Shown here: piece by piece, positions 49,835 through 58,756 of the stretch | Layout: each line of letters starts with the position of its first letter | Numbering within the stretch: position 1 is the first letter of the stretch | Assembly (NCBI GenBank): GCA_024683495.1 | Contig: JAIKYF010000071.1 | Coordinates: 1-58,756 of the forward strand | Direction: 5' to 3' | Origin: Bacilli bacterium | Lineage (GTDB): Bacteria; Bacillota_I; Bacilli_A; RFN20; CAG-826 | DNA length: 58,756 nt | Notes under the pieces: generated by a model | Seen by the model: the letters and a program-made list of their open reading frames with translations, nothing else | Told to the model about the DNA's origin: nothing | Database searches by the model: none | Made by a program: the position numbers and the translations under genes

Positions 49835-51055
49835 CTATTCTTCTGGTTTTTCTTCGGTTTCCTCTTTTTCCTTTTTGCCTTTGGCGTTGAGGAGATCGAC
49901 GATTTCGAAGACATTATCGATGACTTCCTTCTCCTTGATGGTTGGAGTTGGGTTGTAGGCGGAGTTGGTGGGCATGACCATAAGGTCATCGTTGAAGCCC
50001 ATGGCATAGTAGGTGACGCCTTCTTGGATGGAGATGGCTAAATCAGTGAAGGTGTTATCGGTGGTGAAGTTTTTGAGGGCCTTACGTAAGGCTGGAGTGA
50101 TGACGCGCCTAGCGGTCTTCTCGCCGAATATGGCCATGTTCTTATCGTTTTCGACGACGTTCATGGTCTTGACGACGGTTGGAGGGAGAGCGGCTTTGCC
50201 ACCTTTGATGTAGATGATGACCTGGCTGCCTTTGTAGGTATTGGGGGTGACGAGGAGCTTGCCAACGAAGACGGTCTTGAGGTATTTGCCATCTCTAACC
50301 TGTCCAGCGCAGTCGGAGACAAGATACCCTTCTTCTCCTTTATAGGAGAAATAAAGGGTTTCGCGAGAACCGACTTTGGCGATGTCGTTATAGAGGTTGG
50401 CATCGATGAGGACTTGGCTCTTGAGCTTGGAATCAGGATCGCCGGCGACGTTTTCTAATTTATCGCCGAAGACGAAGGCGTTGGTGTATTCATAGTAATC
50501 TCTAAAATACTGACCCACCGTGGCTTCGGTCTTCTTCTTGAAGATATGGGAGAAGACGAAGAGCGCGACCAAGGCGACACCCATGACGATGAGGGTGATA
50601 TAGAAGGACATGTTATTGGGCAGGCTCTTGATGGCAGGGATGGAATTGGGGATGATCCAGCCAGCAAGGATCACGAGAATGACCGCGCCAGTCATGATCC
50701 ACTTGATGCGATTGGCCTTGGTGTAGAATTTGGAGAAGATTTTTCTCGATTCTTCTACTTTGGCCAGATTCTCATCGGAATAAGAATAAGAAACTGGCTC
50801 TTTCTTCTTGATCTTTTCGGTGGGATCAGCGGGGGCAGAATCTTCTTTTTTCTCTTCTTCGCGATATAAATCGACGCCGTTTTCGACTTTTTCTTCTTCG
50901 GGCTTTGGTTCTTCTTTGGCGGGTTCGGGTTCTTCTTCTTTTACCGGCTCAGGACGCTTAACTTCATCGGCGAAGTCGCTTTCCTCTTCTTCTTCGGCCG
51001 GGGCTTCAGTGACTTCCGCCTCTTTTTCTTCGACGACTTTCTTTTCTTCTTCCAT
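49835..51055 (-). CDS. Membrane protein with an acidic/Lys/Pro-rich N-terminal region and a C-terminal globular domain
   Basis: 406 aa. The N-terminal ~110 aa are low-complexity EEEKK/PEP repeats. Two TM helices follow (aa ~125-175), then an unassigned ~230-aa domain. Confidence 0.65.
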   Translation of the reverse strand: MEEEKKVVEEKEAEVTEAPAEEEEESDFADEVKRPEPVKEEEPEPAKEEPKPEEEKVENGVDLYREEEKKEDSAPADPTEKIKKKEPVSYSYSDENLAKVEESRKIFSKFYTKANRIKWIMTGAVILVILAGWIIPNSIPAIKSLPNNMSFYITLIVMGVALVALFVFSHIFKKKTEATVGQYFRDYYEYTNAFVFGDKLENVAGDPDSKLKSQVLIDANLYNDIAKVGSRETLYFSYKGEEGYLVSDCAGQVRDGKYLKTVFVGKLLVTPNTYKGSQVIIYIKGGKAALPPTVVKTMNVVENDKNMAIFGEKTARRVITPALRKALKNFTTDNTFTDLAISIQEGVTYYAMGFNDDLMVMPTNSAYNPTPTIKEKEVIDNVFEIVDLLNAKGKKEKEETEEKPEE

Positions 51056-51199
51056 GGTGTTGCCTCCTTTGGATTACGAAGTCCACTTAATATAACACAC
51101 TATAGAGATATTTTGAAAAGTTATCTTTGATAAAGGATGGGCTAAAGAGGGATTTTACAACAAATTCTTCCTAAGATGTTCGGCCTAGTATAGAATAAT

Positions 51200-51340
51200 G
51201 CCGTCCGACGGGGAGCTTTTGAATGAAGCTGAGAGGCCAGAGTATTACTGGCGACCCGCGACCTGAACTAGATAATGCTAGCGGAGGGATCGGTTATCTC
51301 TTTTTAACCAATTTCCGCTGCAAATCCAGCGGATTTTTTA
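51200..51340 (+). promoter_or_regulatory. TPP (THI-box) riboswitch with a terminator expression platform
   Basis: The aptamer contains CCGACGGGGAGC...GCTGAGA...ACCC...ACCTGA.CTAGATAATGCTAGCGGAGGGATCGG. The terminator TCCGCTG caaatc CAGCGGA TTTTTT lies at 51314-51340, just before the RBS. Confidence 0.85.
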
Positions 51341-51354
51341 TTGGAGGTACCGTA

Positions 51355-52032
51355 ATGGACAAGAGAAAAAACTTCATCAAGATCATGTGTGAAGTCGCGA
51401 TCATGGCTGCCCTCGGGTTCGTGATTGACGGATTGCAATCGGCAATCTTTAGAGGGGTTTTCACAGCCGGAGGCTCAATCGGATTCGCCTTAGTGGCCGT
51501 CTGGATAATGAGCTACCGCAGAGGCTTTGTGGCAGGCTTGTGCACAGGCGCAATCATGGCCTTGCTTGATGTGGCGACCGGGGCGAGCATGATCGCTTCT
51601 TCCATCGACAAAGTCATCTTGCAAGTCACACTCGACTATCTTCTCGCCTATCCTTTGGCTTCTTTGGCCGGATTGTTCCATCATTCTTTCGTGAACGCCA
51701 AAGAAAAGAAGATGCAATATGTTTGGATCATCGTCGGATGCTTAGTCGGCGGACTTGCTAAGTATGCTTCCCACTTCTTAAGTGGTATACTTTTCTATGC
51801 AGATCCCACTTATTTTGTCTGGCCCATTCGAAATGCGTGGCTTTATTCATTGCTTTATAACGGGGCTTACACCATTCCCTGCGTCGTCTTATCCGGGGCG
51901 ATCATGGTCGTGGTTTTCTGGAAGGCTCCCCGCCTATTCTTAGAGCCAAACCGCATCTATCAATCGGCGGTCAAAACCGAAGAACCGGCTAAAGTAGAAG
52001 AAAAGCCAAACGAAGAAAAGGAGGGTGAATAA
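51355..52032 (+). CDS. thiT: Thiamine ECF S-component (ThiT/YuaJ-like)
   Basis: Start at MDKRKNF after GGAGG. It is a six-TM protein with a GGSIGFALVAVWIMSYRRGFVAG segment and sits directly behind the TPP riboswitch. Confidence 0.7.
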   Translation: MDKRKNFIKIMCEVAIMAALGFVIDGLQSAIFRGVFTAGGSIGFALVAVWIMSYRRGFVAGLCTGAIMALLDVATGASMIASSIDKVILQVTLDYLLAYPLASLAGLFHHSFVNAKEKKMQYVWIIVGCLVGGLAKYASHFLSGILFYADPTYFVWPIRNAWLYSLLYNGAYTIPCVVLSGAIMVVVFWKAPRLFLEPNRIYQSAVKTEEPAKVEEKPNEEKEGE

Positions 52033-52033
52033 T

Positions 52034-52459
52034 ATGTTAGTTATCTCGATCATCGTCACTGCCCTTGGCCTATTTGGCTTTGGCTTCTCGCTTCAAAGAT
52101 ACATCAACTCCTATTACTATTATTCCGATGAATGGGGAAGCGGATATGAATTCGATAAGGACTGGCTTATCGTTGTGATCATCTCCTTCTTCATCCTCTT
52201 GGCCGGGGGCATTTCCATCTATATGGCCATCAAAAAGAAAAGCGACCGGAGAATCTATCCCCTGGCCCTTAATCTAACGAGCTTAATCACCACCTTCTAT
52301 CCCTTATCGGTCATTCTTAAGGCCTTAGCCAAGGGCAAGAACTACGATCCCTATTATTGGATCTGGTTCGGAGTTGGTCTAGCAGCCTTAATCGGCAGCA
52401 TCGTTTGGATTGTGTTCCTTCGCCTTAAAACAAAGAAAGCGAATTCTTCCAATCAATAG
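52034..52459 (+). CDS. Four-TM membrane protein of unknown function
   Basis: ATG at 52034, 9 nt after GGAGG. 141 aa. The 3' end overlaps ung convergently. Confidence 0.55.
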   Translation: MLVISIIVTALGLFGFGFSLQRYINSYYYYSDEWGSGYEFDKDWLIVVIISFFILLAGGISIYMAIKKKSDRRIYPLALNLTSLITTFYPLSVILKALAKGKNYDPYYWIWFGVGLAALIGSIVWIVFLRLKTKKANSSNQ

Positions 52460-53102
52460 CGTCGACCCCGTTTTCAGTTAAAAATTCATTGCATTTGCTG
52501 AATAAATGCATATTAAACCAACCACCGCGATTCGCCGAAAGGGGCGAAGGGTGGTTGGCTTTTAATATGAGGTGATTGGGATTGGTGACCTTGCTTTCAA
52601 ACTTTTTGGCGGGGCCTCCCCACAGCATAAAAACGATCGGCTGATTTAACCTATCCAGATATTCCATCAAATCGTCCATGAAAAGACGATATTCCTTGAT
52701 TTGGTGAGAGAAGGATTTACCAGCCTCGACGGTTAAGGCCGCGTTGATCAATAAGGCTCCTTGCTCCGCTAGATAAGTAAGGTCCCCACATTCATAATCC
52801 ATCGTGATATCGAGATCTTTTTCGATTTCCATATAGATATTTTTAAGGGAAGGAGGGAGCTTTAGGCCCACTGGGACCGAGAAAGCTAAACCCATGGCCT
52901 GACCTGGGTTGATATAAGGATCTTGCCCGATGATGACGACCTTAAGTTTTGAAGGAGAAGTCAATTTGAAGGCTTGGAAAATCATATCCTCAGGAGGATA
53001 GATGACCTTGCTCTCATATTCCTTTTTCCAAAAAGCCCGGAGGCTTTTCATATAATCTTTCCCCTCAATGGAGGAGAAAAATTCATCCCAGTCTTTCAGC
53101 AT
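52425..53102 (-). CDS. ung: Uracil-DNA glycosylase
   Basis: Family-1 UDG motifs GQDPY and HPSPLSA. 225 aa. Confidence 0.9.
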   Translation of the reverse strand: MLKDWDEFFSSIEGKDYMKSLRAFWKKEYESKVIYPPEDMIFQAFKLTSPSKLKVVIIGQDPYINPGQAMGLAFSVPVGLKLPPSLKNIYMEIEKDLDITMDYECGDLTYLAEQGALLINAALTVEAGKSFSHQIKEYRLFMDDLMEYLDRLNQPIVFMLWGGPAKKFESKVTNPNHLILKANHPSPLSANRGGWFNMHLFSKCNEFLTENGVDAIDWKNSLSLF

Positions 53103-53162
53103 ACAAAGATTTTATATCTTTCGGGTGGAGTTAGGAAGATTTGAAAGTTATACTAATACAGC

Positions 53163-54257
53163 ATGAAAATCTATTGGCTCTTCAATCATCCCGCACCATA
53201 TAAAGTTGATTTCTTCAACGAACTAGGCAAACACGTGGACCTTATGGTCCATTTTGAGCGTGACTCCGAAGGTGACCGGGGAGAGCAGTTCTATTATGAG
53301 AAGCCTTTGAATTTCAAGTCCGAGATCCTTCATAGCCTAAAGCTTGGGGGCATCAATAATTATTCAAGAAAACCTATCGCCTTACTTAAGAAAGAGAAGT
53401 TTGATCTAATCGTCATCAATGGGTGGTCGACCCTCACTGAGATAATGACCATCCGCTATCTTCAAAAACACAGAATCCCCTACATTTTCGCGATAAACGG
53501 GGGTATAGCCAAAGAGAATCAGACCGGTTATAAAGAGAATGCCAAGCGGAAATATCTCCCTGGCGCCGCCTCATATTTGGCCCCGGATGAGAACTCCGCT
53601 AGATACCTCACCTACTATGGCGTCGATAAAGAGAAGATCGTCATCTACCCCTATGGCACGGTCTTTGAGAACGAATTACTCAAAACTCCCTTATCCAAAG
53701 AGGAAAAAGTCGCCTTACGTGAATCCTTAGGCCTACCGAAAGAGAATCTCTACGTCTCCGTCGGGGCTTTCATCAAAAGAAAGAACGTTGATCAACTCCT
53801 TCGCATCTGGACCAAAGTAGATAAGAAAAAGAATCTTCTTCTCGTGGGAGATGGTCCATTGAAGCAAGAGGCGGAGAAATTCATCTTAGAAAATCATCTT
53901 AATAATGTTAAAATCGTCAATTTCTCGGAGCATAAGAAAGTCCTTGAAACTTTTAGGGCTGCGGATTTATCGATTTTCCTTACTAGAGAAGACATCTATG
54001 GGCATGTCGTCAATGAGTCTTTCTCCCAGGGGACTCCGGTCCTTAGCAGCGTCCATACCAACGCTGGCTTAAAACTCATCATAGATGGGGAGAATGGCTA
54101 TTTGGTGAAACTATCCGAAGAGGAAAGAATCATCTCTCTTATCAACCGGGATGATTATTCCTCGATGGGAGAGAAATGCTTAGAAGTCGCTAAAGAGAAT
54201 ACGGTCGAGAAAATGTGCGAATTCCATCTCGACTATTTCAAAAGGGATCTCCACTAA
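53163..54257 (+). CDS. Family-4 (GT-B) glycosyltransferase
   Basis: C-terminal EX7E-type motif REDIYGHVVNESFSQGTPVLSS. 364 aa. Confidence 0.8.
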   Translation: MKIYWLFNHPAPYKVDFFNELGKHVDLMVHFERDSEGDRGEQFYYEKPLNFKSEILHSLKLGGINNYSRKPIALLKKEKFDLIVINGWSTLTEIMTIRYLQKHRIPYIFAINGGIAKENQTGYKENAKRKYLPGAASYLAPDENSARYLTYYGVDKEKIVIYPYGTVFENELLKTPLSKEEKVALRESLGLPKENLYVSVGAFIKRKNVDQLLRIWTKVDKKKNLLLVGDGPLKQEAEKFILENHLNNVKIVNFSEHKKVLETFRAADLSIFLTREDIYGHVVNESFSQGTPVLSSVHTNAGLKLIIDGENGYLVKLSEEERIISLINRDDYSSMGEKCLEVAKENTVEKMCEFHLDYFKRDLH

Positions 54258-55390
54258 TGCACATCTTATATCTCACCAATTCCATTAGAGAGGAAGATTA
54301 CAATCTTTGGGCCGCACATACCAAAGAACTCCCTAATCCCTCCAACCAGAATTTCCATAATCGCTTGATCAACTGCCTAATGCGAGCCGGTAAGGTCGAT
54401 GTTTTGTCTTTGATTTCCCATTATTCTGGGGAAAAAGAAATTTTCGTCGATGATGATGATTATCATCACATCAACTACCGCGGAAGAAAAAGCGACATCT
54501 TTGGTAGAAGAGTCATAGAAGCTTCTCGCATTGGAGCATCGTTAGTGAGAAGAGACACGATCATCCTTTTCGACCCTCTCAGTGTCAAGCTCGGGAAAAT
54601 CGCTTATCGGATTAAAAAAGAAAAGCACTGCAAAGTCATCGCTATCTTGACCGATAATCCAAAAAACCTATCCAAAGCCTCTCCTTTTTACTCTAGATAC
54701 GTTTTTTCTCATGTCAGAAAAGCGGATGGAGTTCTCTCTTTGACCCATGGTTTATTAAAGGCTTATGGGGTCGAAAAGAAACCTAATTTCATCTTCGAAG
54801 GGATTATCGAGGAATCCTTAGTAGGGAAGTGCCCCCTTCCAAAACAATCCTTCATCTATTTCGGCGGAAGCTTGCTTCCTAGATATGGCATTGACGATTT
54901 GCTTAATGCCTATATGGCCACCGCCCCAAAATATTTCCTCATCATCGCCGGGAAGATCATCGATAAAGACGTGGTCGAGAAATATTCCAAAATCAGCAAT
55001 GGCCATATCCGTTTCTTAGGGCAAGTCTCTAAATCCTTGAATTATACCTTGGAAAGCAATGCCGTCTTACTTGTGAACCCTCGTCCCTATGATAAGAAAC
55101 TCGATGAGGAATCGATTCCTTCCAAGATGCTCGAATACGTTTCGACCACCACTCCGATCGTTTCCTACAATAACGATAGATTGAAACTATTATTCCCAGA
55201 CGATATCAACTGGATTGGCAAAAACGAAAACCTCACCCAATGGTTCAAGAGTCATCTTGATAACGAGAGGAAATTCATTAACTTAGTCCCTAACGGGGCG
55301 AAAGAAAAAGCCATATCAAGATATGGCTACGAAGTCTTAAGCAAGAAGATTCAGTTCTTCTTAGATACGATGAATTCTTTCTCGAGTTGA
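54257..55390 (+). CDS. GT-B fold glycosyltransferase-like protein
   Basis: Start MHILYLTN overlaps the upstream stop (TAATG). The C-terminal PSKMLEYVSTTTPIVS resembles the GT1/GT4 nucleotide-sugar binding region. Confidence 0.6.
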   Translation: MHILYLTNSIREEDYNLWAAHTKELPNPSNQNFHNRLINCLMRAGKVDVLSLISHYSGEKEIFVDDDDYHHINYRGRKSDIFGRRVIEASRIGASLVRRDTIILFDPLSVKLGKIAYRIKKEKHCKVIAILTDNPKNLSKASPFYSRYVFSHVRKADGVLSLTHGLLKAYGVEKKPNFIFEGIIEESLVGKCPLPKQSFIYFGGSLLPRYGIDDLLNAYMATAPKYFLIIAGKIIDKDVVEKYSKISNGHIRFLGQVSKSLNYTLESNAVLLVNPRPYDKKLDEESIPSKMLEYVSTTTPIVSYNNDRLKLLFPDDINWIGKNENLTQWFKSHLDNERKFINLVPNGAKEKAISRYGYEVLSKKIQFFLDTMNSFSS

Positions 55391-56547
55391 TCCATCACTG
55401 CTTCAAACTCGAAATGTTTCAAGAAATAGGCGTGGTTATTCTCGCCCATTTCTTTTAATTTTTCTTCAGGGAGAGAGATGACTTCCTCGATCATTCTAGC
55501 GATATCTTCAGGCTCTTCGCCCGAGAATAAGGAACCATTAGCCTCTTCAAGGATCTTTCTACCGTCCCCGCCGATCGTGGCGATGATGGGTTTTGAGTAA
55601 GATAAAGAGGAGATTAGCTTATTTGGGATAGTCAAGGAGACTGGGGAATCGCCATTTTTAAGTGGAACCACTAAGGCCGTCGCGGCATTTAAGTATTTGC
55701 CCAATTTCTCATTAGGGACGACTCCATGGTACTCGACGATATTCTCTAGGCCTTTCTCTTTGATAATGTCATAGACTGAATCCAAACGAACTCCTTTACC
55801 GAAAATATGGAAGGTGAAATCATCGCGATCTTTGAATTTAGCCAAGGATTGCGCGTAATTTTCCATTAATTGAAGGGTTCCGAGGTTCCCGGCATAAACG
55901 ATGTTGTATTTCTTCTTGAAACGGAAGGATGGGTCATCAATCGGGTTGAATAAAGGAGGCTGGGGGACCATCTTGATTTTCATATCCGTGATCTTGAGGA
56001 CTTTTTCAAAATAATCGCCAAAGGACGGGGAGGAGATAAGAATCTCATCCGCGGAAAGATAGATCCTTCTGCTCCATTTATATAGATACTTATAAATTAA
56101 AGAACCTTTTTTAACGTGGCCAGTGAAGACAACGCTTTCGGGCCATAGGTCGAGGCAATGGATGAAGAATGGGACATTATGCTTTTTGGCGTAGACTCCT
56201 CCGCCTTCGACCGCCATCAAAGGAGACATCTCCATTGAATAGACGAGGTCATATTCATCTTCTAGATGAGAAAGATATCTTTTGGCATTTCTCCAAAAGG
56301 AAAGATAGTTCCTGATTAAAGAGAGTTTGGAAGTGGTTCTAGGAACCAAATTCAAACGATGAACTTTTACTCCATTGATAACTTCATCGGTGATCTTCTC
56401 GTATCCCTCAAGAATCCTTCCGAAGTCATAATTGGGCTTACCAGTGATAACTTGTACATCATGTCCGCGTCTCACCAAAGACTCACACATGGGGCTGATG
56501 GCAACGTTTTCTGGATAGTAATATTGACACACTACCAAAATTTTCAT
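55351..56547 (-). CDS. Family-4 glycosyltransferase (WbuB/WcaI-like)
   Basis: Start MKILVVCQYYYPENV, which is characteristic of this family. C-terminal PNKLISSLSYSKPIIAT. Confidence 0.8.
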   Translation of the reverse strand: MKILVVCQYYYPENVAISPMCESLVRRGHDVQVITGKPNYDFGRILEGYEKITDEVINGVKVHRLNLVPRTTSKLSLIRNYLSFWRNAKRYLSHLEDEYDLVYSMEMSPLMAVEGGGVYAKKHNVPFFIHCLDLWPESVVFTGHVKKGSLIYKYLYKWSRRIYLSADEILISSPSFGDYFEKVLKITDMKIKMVPQPPLFNPIDDPSFRFKKKYNIVYAGNLGTLQLMENYAQSLAKFKDRDDFTFHIFGKGVRLDSVYDIIKEKGLENIVEYHGVVPNEKLGKYLNAATALVVPLKNGDSPVSLTIPNKLISSLSYSKPIIATIGGDGRKILEEANGSLFSGEEPEDIARMIEEVISLPEEKLKEMGENNHAYFLKHFEFEAVMDQLEKEFIVSKKN

Positions 56548-56588
56548 GAAATGATTATCGCACAACTTCGAAACTTTTTCGCCTAGAA

Positions 56589-57521
56589 GTGTATAATGTT
56601 TCTATGCTCGCGCCCAGATTACACGAAAATAAATTCAAAAGAGCCCTTGTTTCACCCTTTAGAAACATCGTCAAAGCCATCAGCCCAACGTGGTATGTGA
56701 AGTATCAATATAAATACATCACCCATCACAAACTGAACTTGAAAAATCCTGTTAGATATACCGAAAAGCTCCAGTATCTCCGCCTTTTTGTCTATCCTAA
56801 AGATAAAGAAGTCATTAGATGCGCGGGACGAGTCGGAGTCAGAGATTATCTTAAGGAAATCGGGCTTGAGGATCTTCTTATCCCTATCTATGGAGTTTAC
56901 GATAGATTTGAGGATATCGATTTTGAAAAACTGCCGGACTCCTTCGTCATGAAGTGCTCCCACGCCTCAGGGTTCGACCTCATCGTCAAAGATAAGAAAG
57001 AACTAAATCTCGAAGAAACCAAAAAGACCTTCAATAAATGGCTCAAAACCGATTATGGCAAGATGACCTGGGAACGTCATTATTCCCCCATTAAACCCCA
57101 GATCATCATCGAGAAGTATATCGGTGAGAAAGATGCTCTTCCAACCGAATACAAACTTCATGTCTTTAATGGAGTCGCAAGAAACCTCTATGTCGTCACC
57201 GGACGGGGCCACGACATTCGTTACACTCAGAAATTCGTCGATTGGAGCGATTTCGATGGAAGCCAGTTCAATGGGTGGCTAAAATCTGAAAAAACCCTGC
57301 AAAAACCATCTAACTTTGAAGAAATGGTTAAAATTTCCGAGAAGTTGGCCGCGCCATTCCCGTTTGTTCGCGTTGATTTATATGATGTGGATGGCAAAAT
57401 CTATTTCTCCGAAATGACCTTCACCCCGGCCAAAGGAACATTGATCTTCGACAATGATGAGGCGGACTTCATCCAAGGGGAATGGTTGGATATCTCCCCT
57501 TATCTAAATAAGAAAAAATAA
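56589..57521 (+). CDS. TupA-like ATP-grasp family protein
   Basis: YKYITHHKLNLKNPVRYTEKLQYLRLF...FVMKCSHASG...EYKLHVFNG...RVDLYDVDGKIYFSEMTFTP resembles the PF14305 family. The start is uncertain (GTG 56589 or ATG 56604). A TATAAT box at 56592-56597 would favour a near-leaderless ATG at 56604. Confidence 0.6.
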   Translation: MYNVSMLAPRLHENKFKRALVSPFRNIVKAISPTWYVKYQYKYITHHKLNLKNPVRYTEKLQYLRLFVYPKDKEVIRCAGRVGVRDYLKEIGLEDLLIPIYGVYDRFEDIDFEKLPDSFVMKCSHASGFDLIVKDKKELNLEETKKTFNKWLKTDYGKMTWERHYSPIKPQIIIEKYIGEKDALPTEYKLHVFNGVARNLYVVTGRGHDIRYTQKFVDWSDFDGSQFNGWLKSEKTLQKPSNFEEMVKISEKLAAPFPFVRVDLYDVDGKIYFSEMTFTPAKGTLIFDNDEADFIQGEWLDISPYLNKKK

Positions 57522-57571
57522 AAATCATACCCATGGGCAGTTATCACTGATTACGGGTATGATTTTCTTTT
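57521..57571 (+). terminator. Hairpin terminator between convergent genes
   Basis: ATCATACCC / GGGTATGAT stem with a 22-nt loop, followed by TTTCTTTT. Confidence 0.45.
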
Positions 57572-57577
57572 AAATTA

Positions 57578-58501
57578 TTAGTCGCCCCAGGTCGCGTCTG
57601 GGAACATGACTTCGTAGAGCATGAGGCCGAAATATTTATCGGACTTTTTGGTGGCGTCGGTTTCGATGGTCGGATTGCTAGGATCAATTAGATTAGCGAA
57701 CCTCACTCCATATCCGGTGATTCCTTTAGGATCTAGCCCAGGAATCTTATCGAAGGCGAATCCGACGGCGGAGATTGAGCTACCATGGTTATCGGTAACA
57801 AAGCTCACGGCGGGCATCGTGACTTCATAAGCGGCGTTTTGCTTATATAAAGTGACGATTAAGTCGACTGTGCAGAATCTTCCATCACTGACTTCGCGGC
57901 CATCGACGATCTTAGTCGCATTGCTGCCACCTCTGATGCAAGCGAGGAAATATTTTCCAGACTGCATAGTCTTTGGCATCTTGGTCTCAAAGCCATTTTC
58001 GTCGATTTGGACACGGGCTTGGGCGTAATAGTTCCAGCAACGGAGCTGGCCGTTATAGAGCTTAGAGAGAACTCCATCATTCTTGAAGGAAGAATCGGCC
58101 GTCCCTAAGCACTTAGTCCTTCCAAAGGAAGTTCCTAGATATTGCTCAGTCCCTTCAAATCCGATGACCCAATCGATATCGGTGGTAAGGGTTACGGTTT
58201 TCTTGGCAGAAGCATCATAATATTGGAACATTTCGGGATAACGTTCTTTGACGATGGAGAAGCCTCCACCACCGGTATGCTCATTTTGATATTCGTCTTG
58301 TCCGAAATAATCATCTGAGCTCAAAGTGACGTTTTCCTTGGCAATTCCCGTCTCTTTTGCGTAATCATGGCAATTGAGGAAATAATTCGTCTCGAATAAG
58401 GAAGTGTTGTAGGCATTGTTGGCGTAGGTGTTCGATGTCTTACATGAAGCGAGCATCGTGAGGGACAAAACCGCCCCGAAAAGTAACTTATTCTTTTTCA
58501 T
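57578..58501 (-). CDS. Lipoprotein of unknown function
   Basis: Signal peptide with lipobox LTMLASC. 307 aa. Confidence 0.7.
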   Translation of the reverse strand: MKKNKLLFGAVLSLTMLASCKTSNTYANNAYNTSLFETNYFLNCHDYAKETGIAKENVTLSSDDYFGQDEYQNEHTGGGGFSIVKERYPEMFQYYDASAKKTVTLTTDIDWVIGFEGTEQYLGTSFGRTKCLGTADSSFKNDGVLSKLYNGQLRCWNYYAQARVQIDENGFETKMPKTMQSGKYFLACIRGGSNATKIVDGREVSDGRFCTVDLIVTLYKQNAAYEVTMPAVSFVTDNHGSSISAVGFAFDKIPGLDPKGITGYGVRFANLIDPSNPTIETDATKKSDKYFGLMLYEVMFPDATWGD

Positions 58502-58756
58502 TAGATGTTCCCTCCTTCCACTTGAGCTTCCATAGGTTTCTTTTCTTTCTTCTTGAAGATTGGACTATAGATGGTGCCAACTAAGAAGACGAAGACCATG
58601 AACATCGCGCTTTGGATTTGCGAATGGATATAGGAATCCTTGATGGTCTTTTGCACGACATCGCCATAGAAGGAATTGTAGAGAACAAATCCGAGGATCA
58701 AGCTGACGGCGACAATCTGATGAGGCTCGATCTTCTCGTATTTATGGAAGTAATTT
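58501..58756 (-). CDS. Membrane protein, C-terminal fragment (the 5' end lies beyond the window)
   Basis: The reading frame stays open from 58756 (...NYFHKYEKIEPHQIVAVSLILGFVLYNSF...). The track's TTG start at 58701 is probably internal. The stop overlaps the lipoprotein start. Confidence 0.5.
   Translation of the reverse strand, partial: NYFHKYEKIEPHQIVAVSLILGFVLYNSFYGDVVQKTIKDSYIHSQIQSAMFMVFVFLVGTIYSPIFKKKEKKPMEAQVEGGNI

Noticed and set aside
51223-51354. N-terminal extension of the ThiT ORF (track start at 51223)
   Set aside because: This stretch is the TPP riboswitch aptamer plus its terminator. The real start is the ATG at 51355, behind GGAGG.

Overview
This 58.8-kb window looks like chromosome from a small-genome Bacillota/Mollicutes-like bacterium. 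That placement is an inference from gene content and order: ecfA1-ecfA2-ecfT, pcrA-ligA, gatCAB, tsaE-tsaB-rimI-tsaD, many lipoproteins and ECF vitamin S-components. The standard genetic code fits, because TGA works as a stop at ecfA2 and at a small upstream ORF. Most of the window is tightly packed housekeeping genes. These cover translation (asnS, gatCAB, smpB, t6A genes), replication and repair (ligA, pcrA, ung), nucleotide and folate metabolism (comEB, folC), glycolysis (gpmA) and vitamin uptake, including a clear TPP riboswitch in front of a ThiT-like gene. There are two surface-glycan regions. One has Wzx-like, Wzy/O-antigen-ligase-like and GT-C-like genes near galE. The other has three GT genes plus a TupA-like ATP-grasp gene. 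A separate processive GT2 is also present. I recognised no rRNA, tRNA, CRISPR array, transposase, integrase or phage structural gene. The stand-out is a plus-strand gene cluster at about 12.4-20.2 kb, bounded by terminators and sitting between gpmA and a tyrosine-phosphatase gene. It encodes a small TIR/flavodoxin-like protein with its own terminator. After that comes a translationally coupled operon: an unknown 314-aa protein, a degenerate SpoVK/CbbX-like AAA+ protein, a VirD4/TraG-type ATPase with no membrane anchor and a poly-Asp tail, a divergent ClpP-family protease with an intact catalytic triad, and a 981-aa polytopic membrane protein with TrkA-N-like and RyR-like regions. No other conjugation or phage genes are present, so I flag it as a candidate undescribed conflict/defence-type system. 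Other observations are a recurring intergenic motif GTGCAAATC(C/T)CGC, a highly structured 200-bp spacer upstream of the t6A operon, an orphan DinJ/RelB antitoxin, a receiver-less OmpR-type regulator, and degenerate Fic-like and NagB-like proteins. All domain calls were made by eye from motifs and need profile or structure searches.
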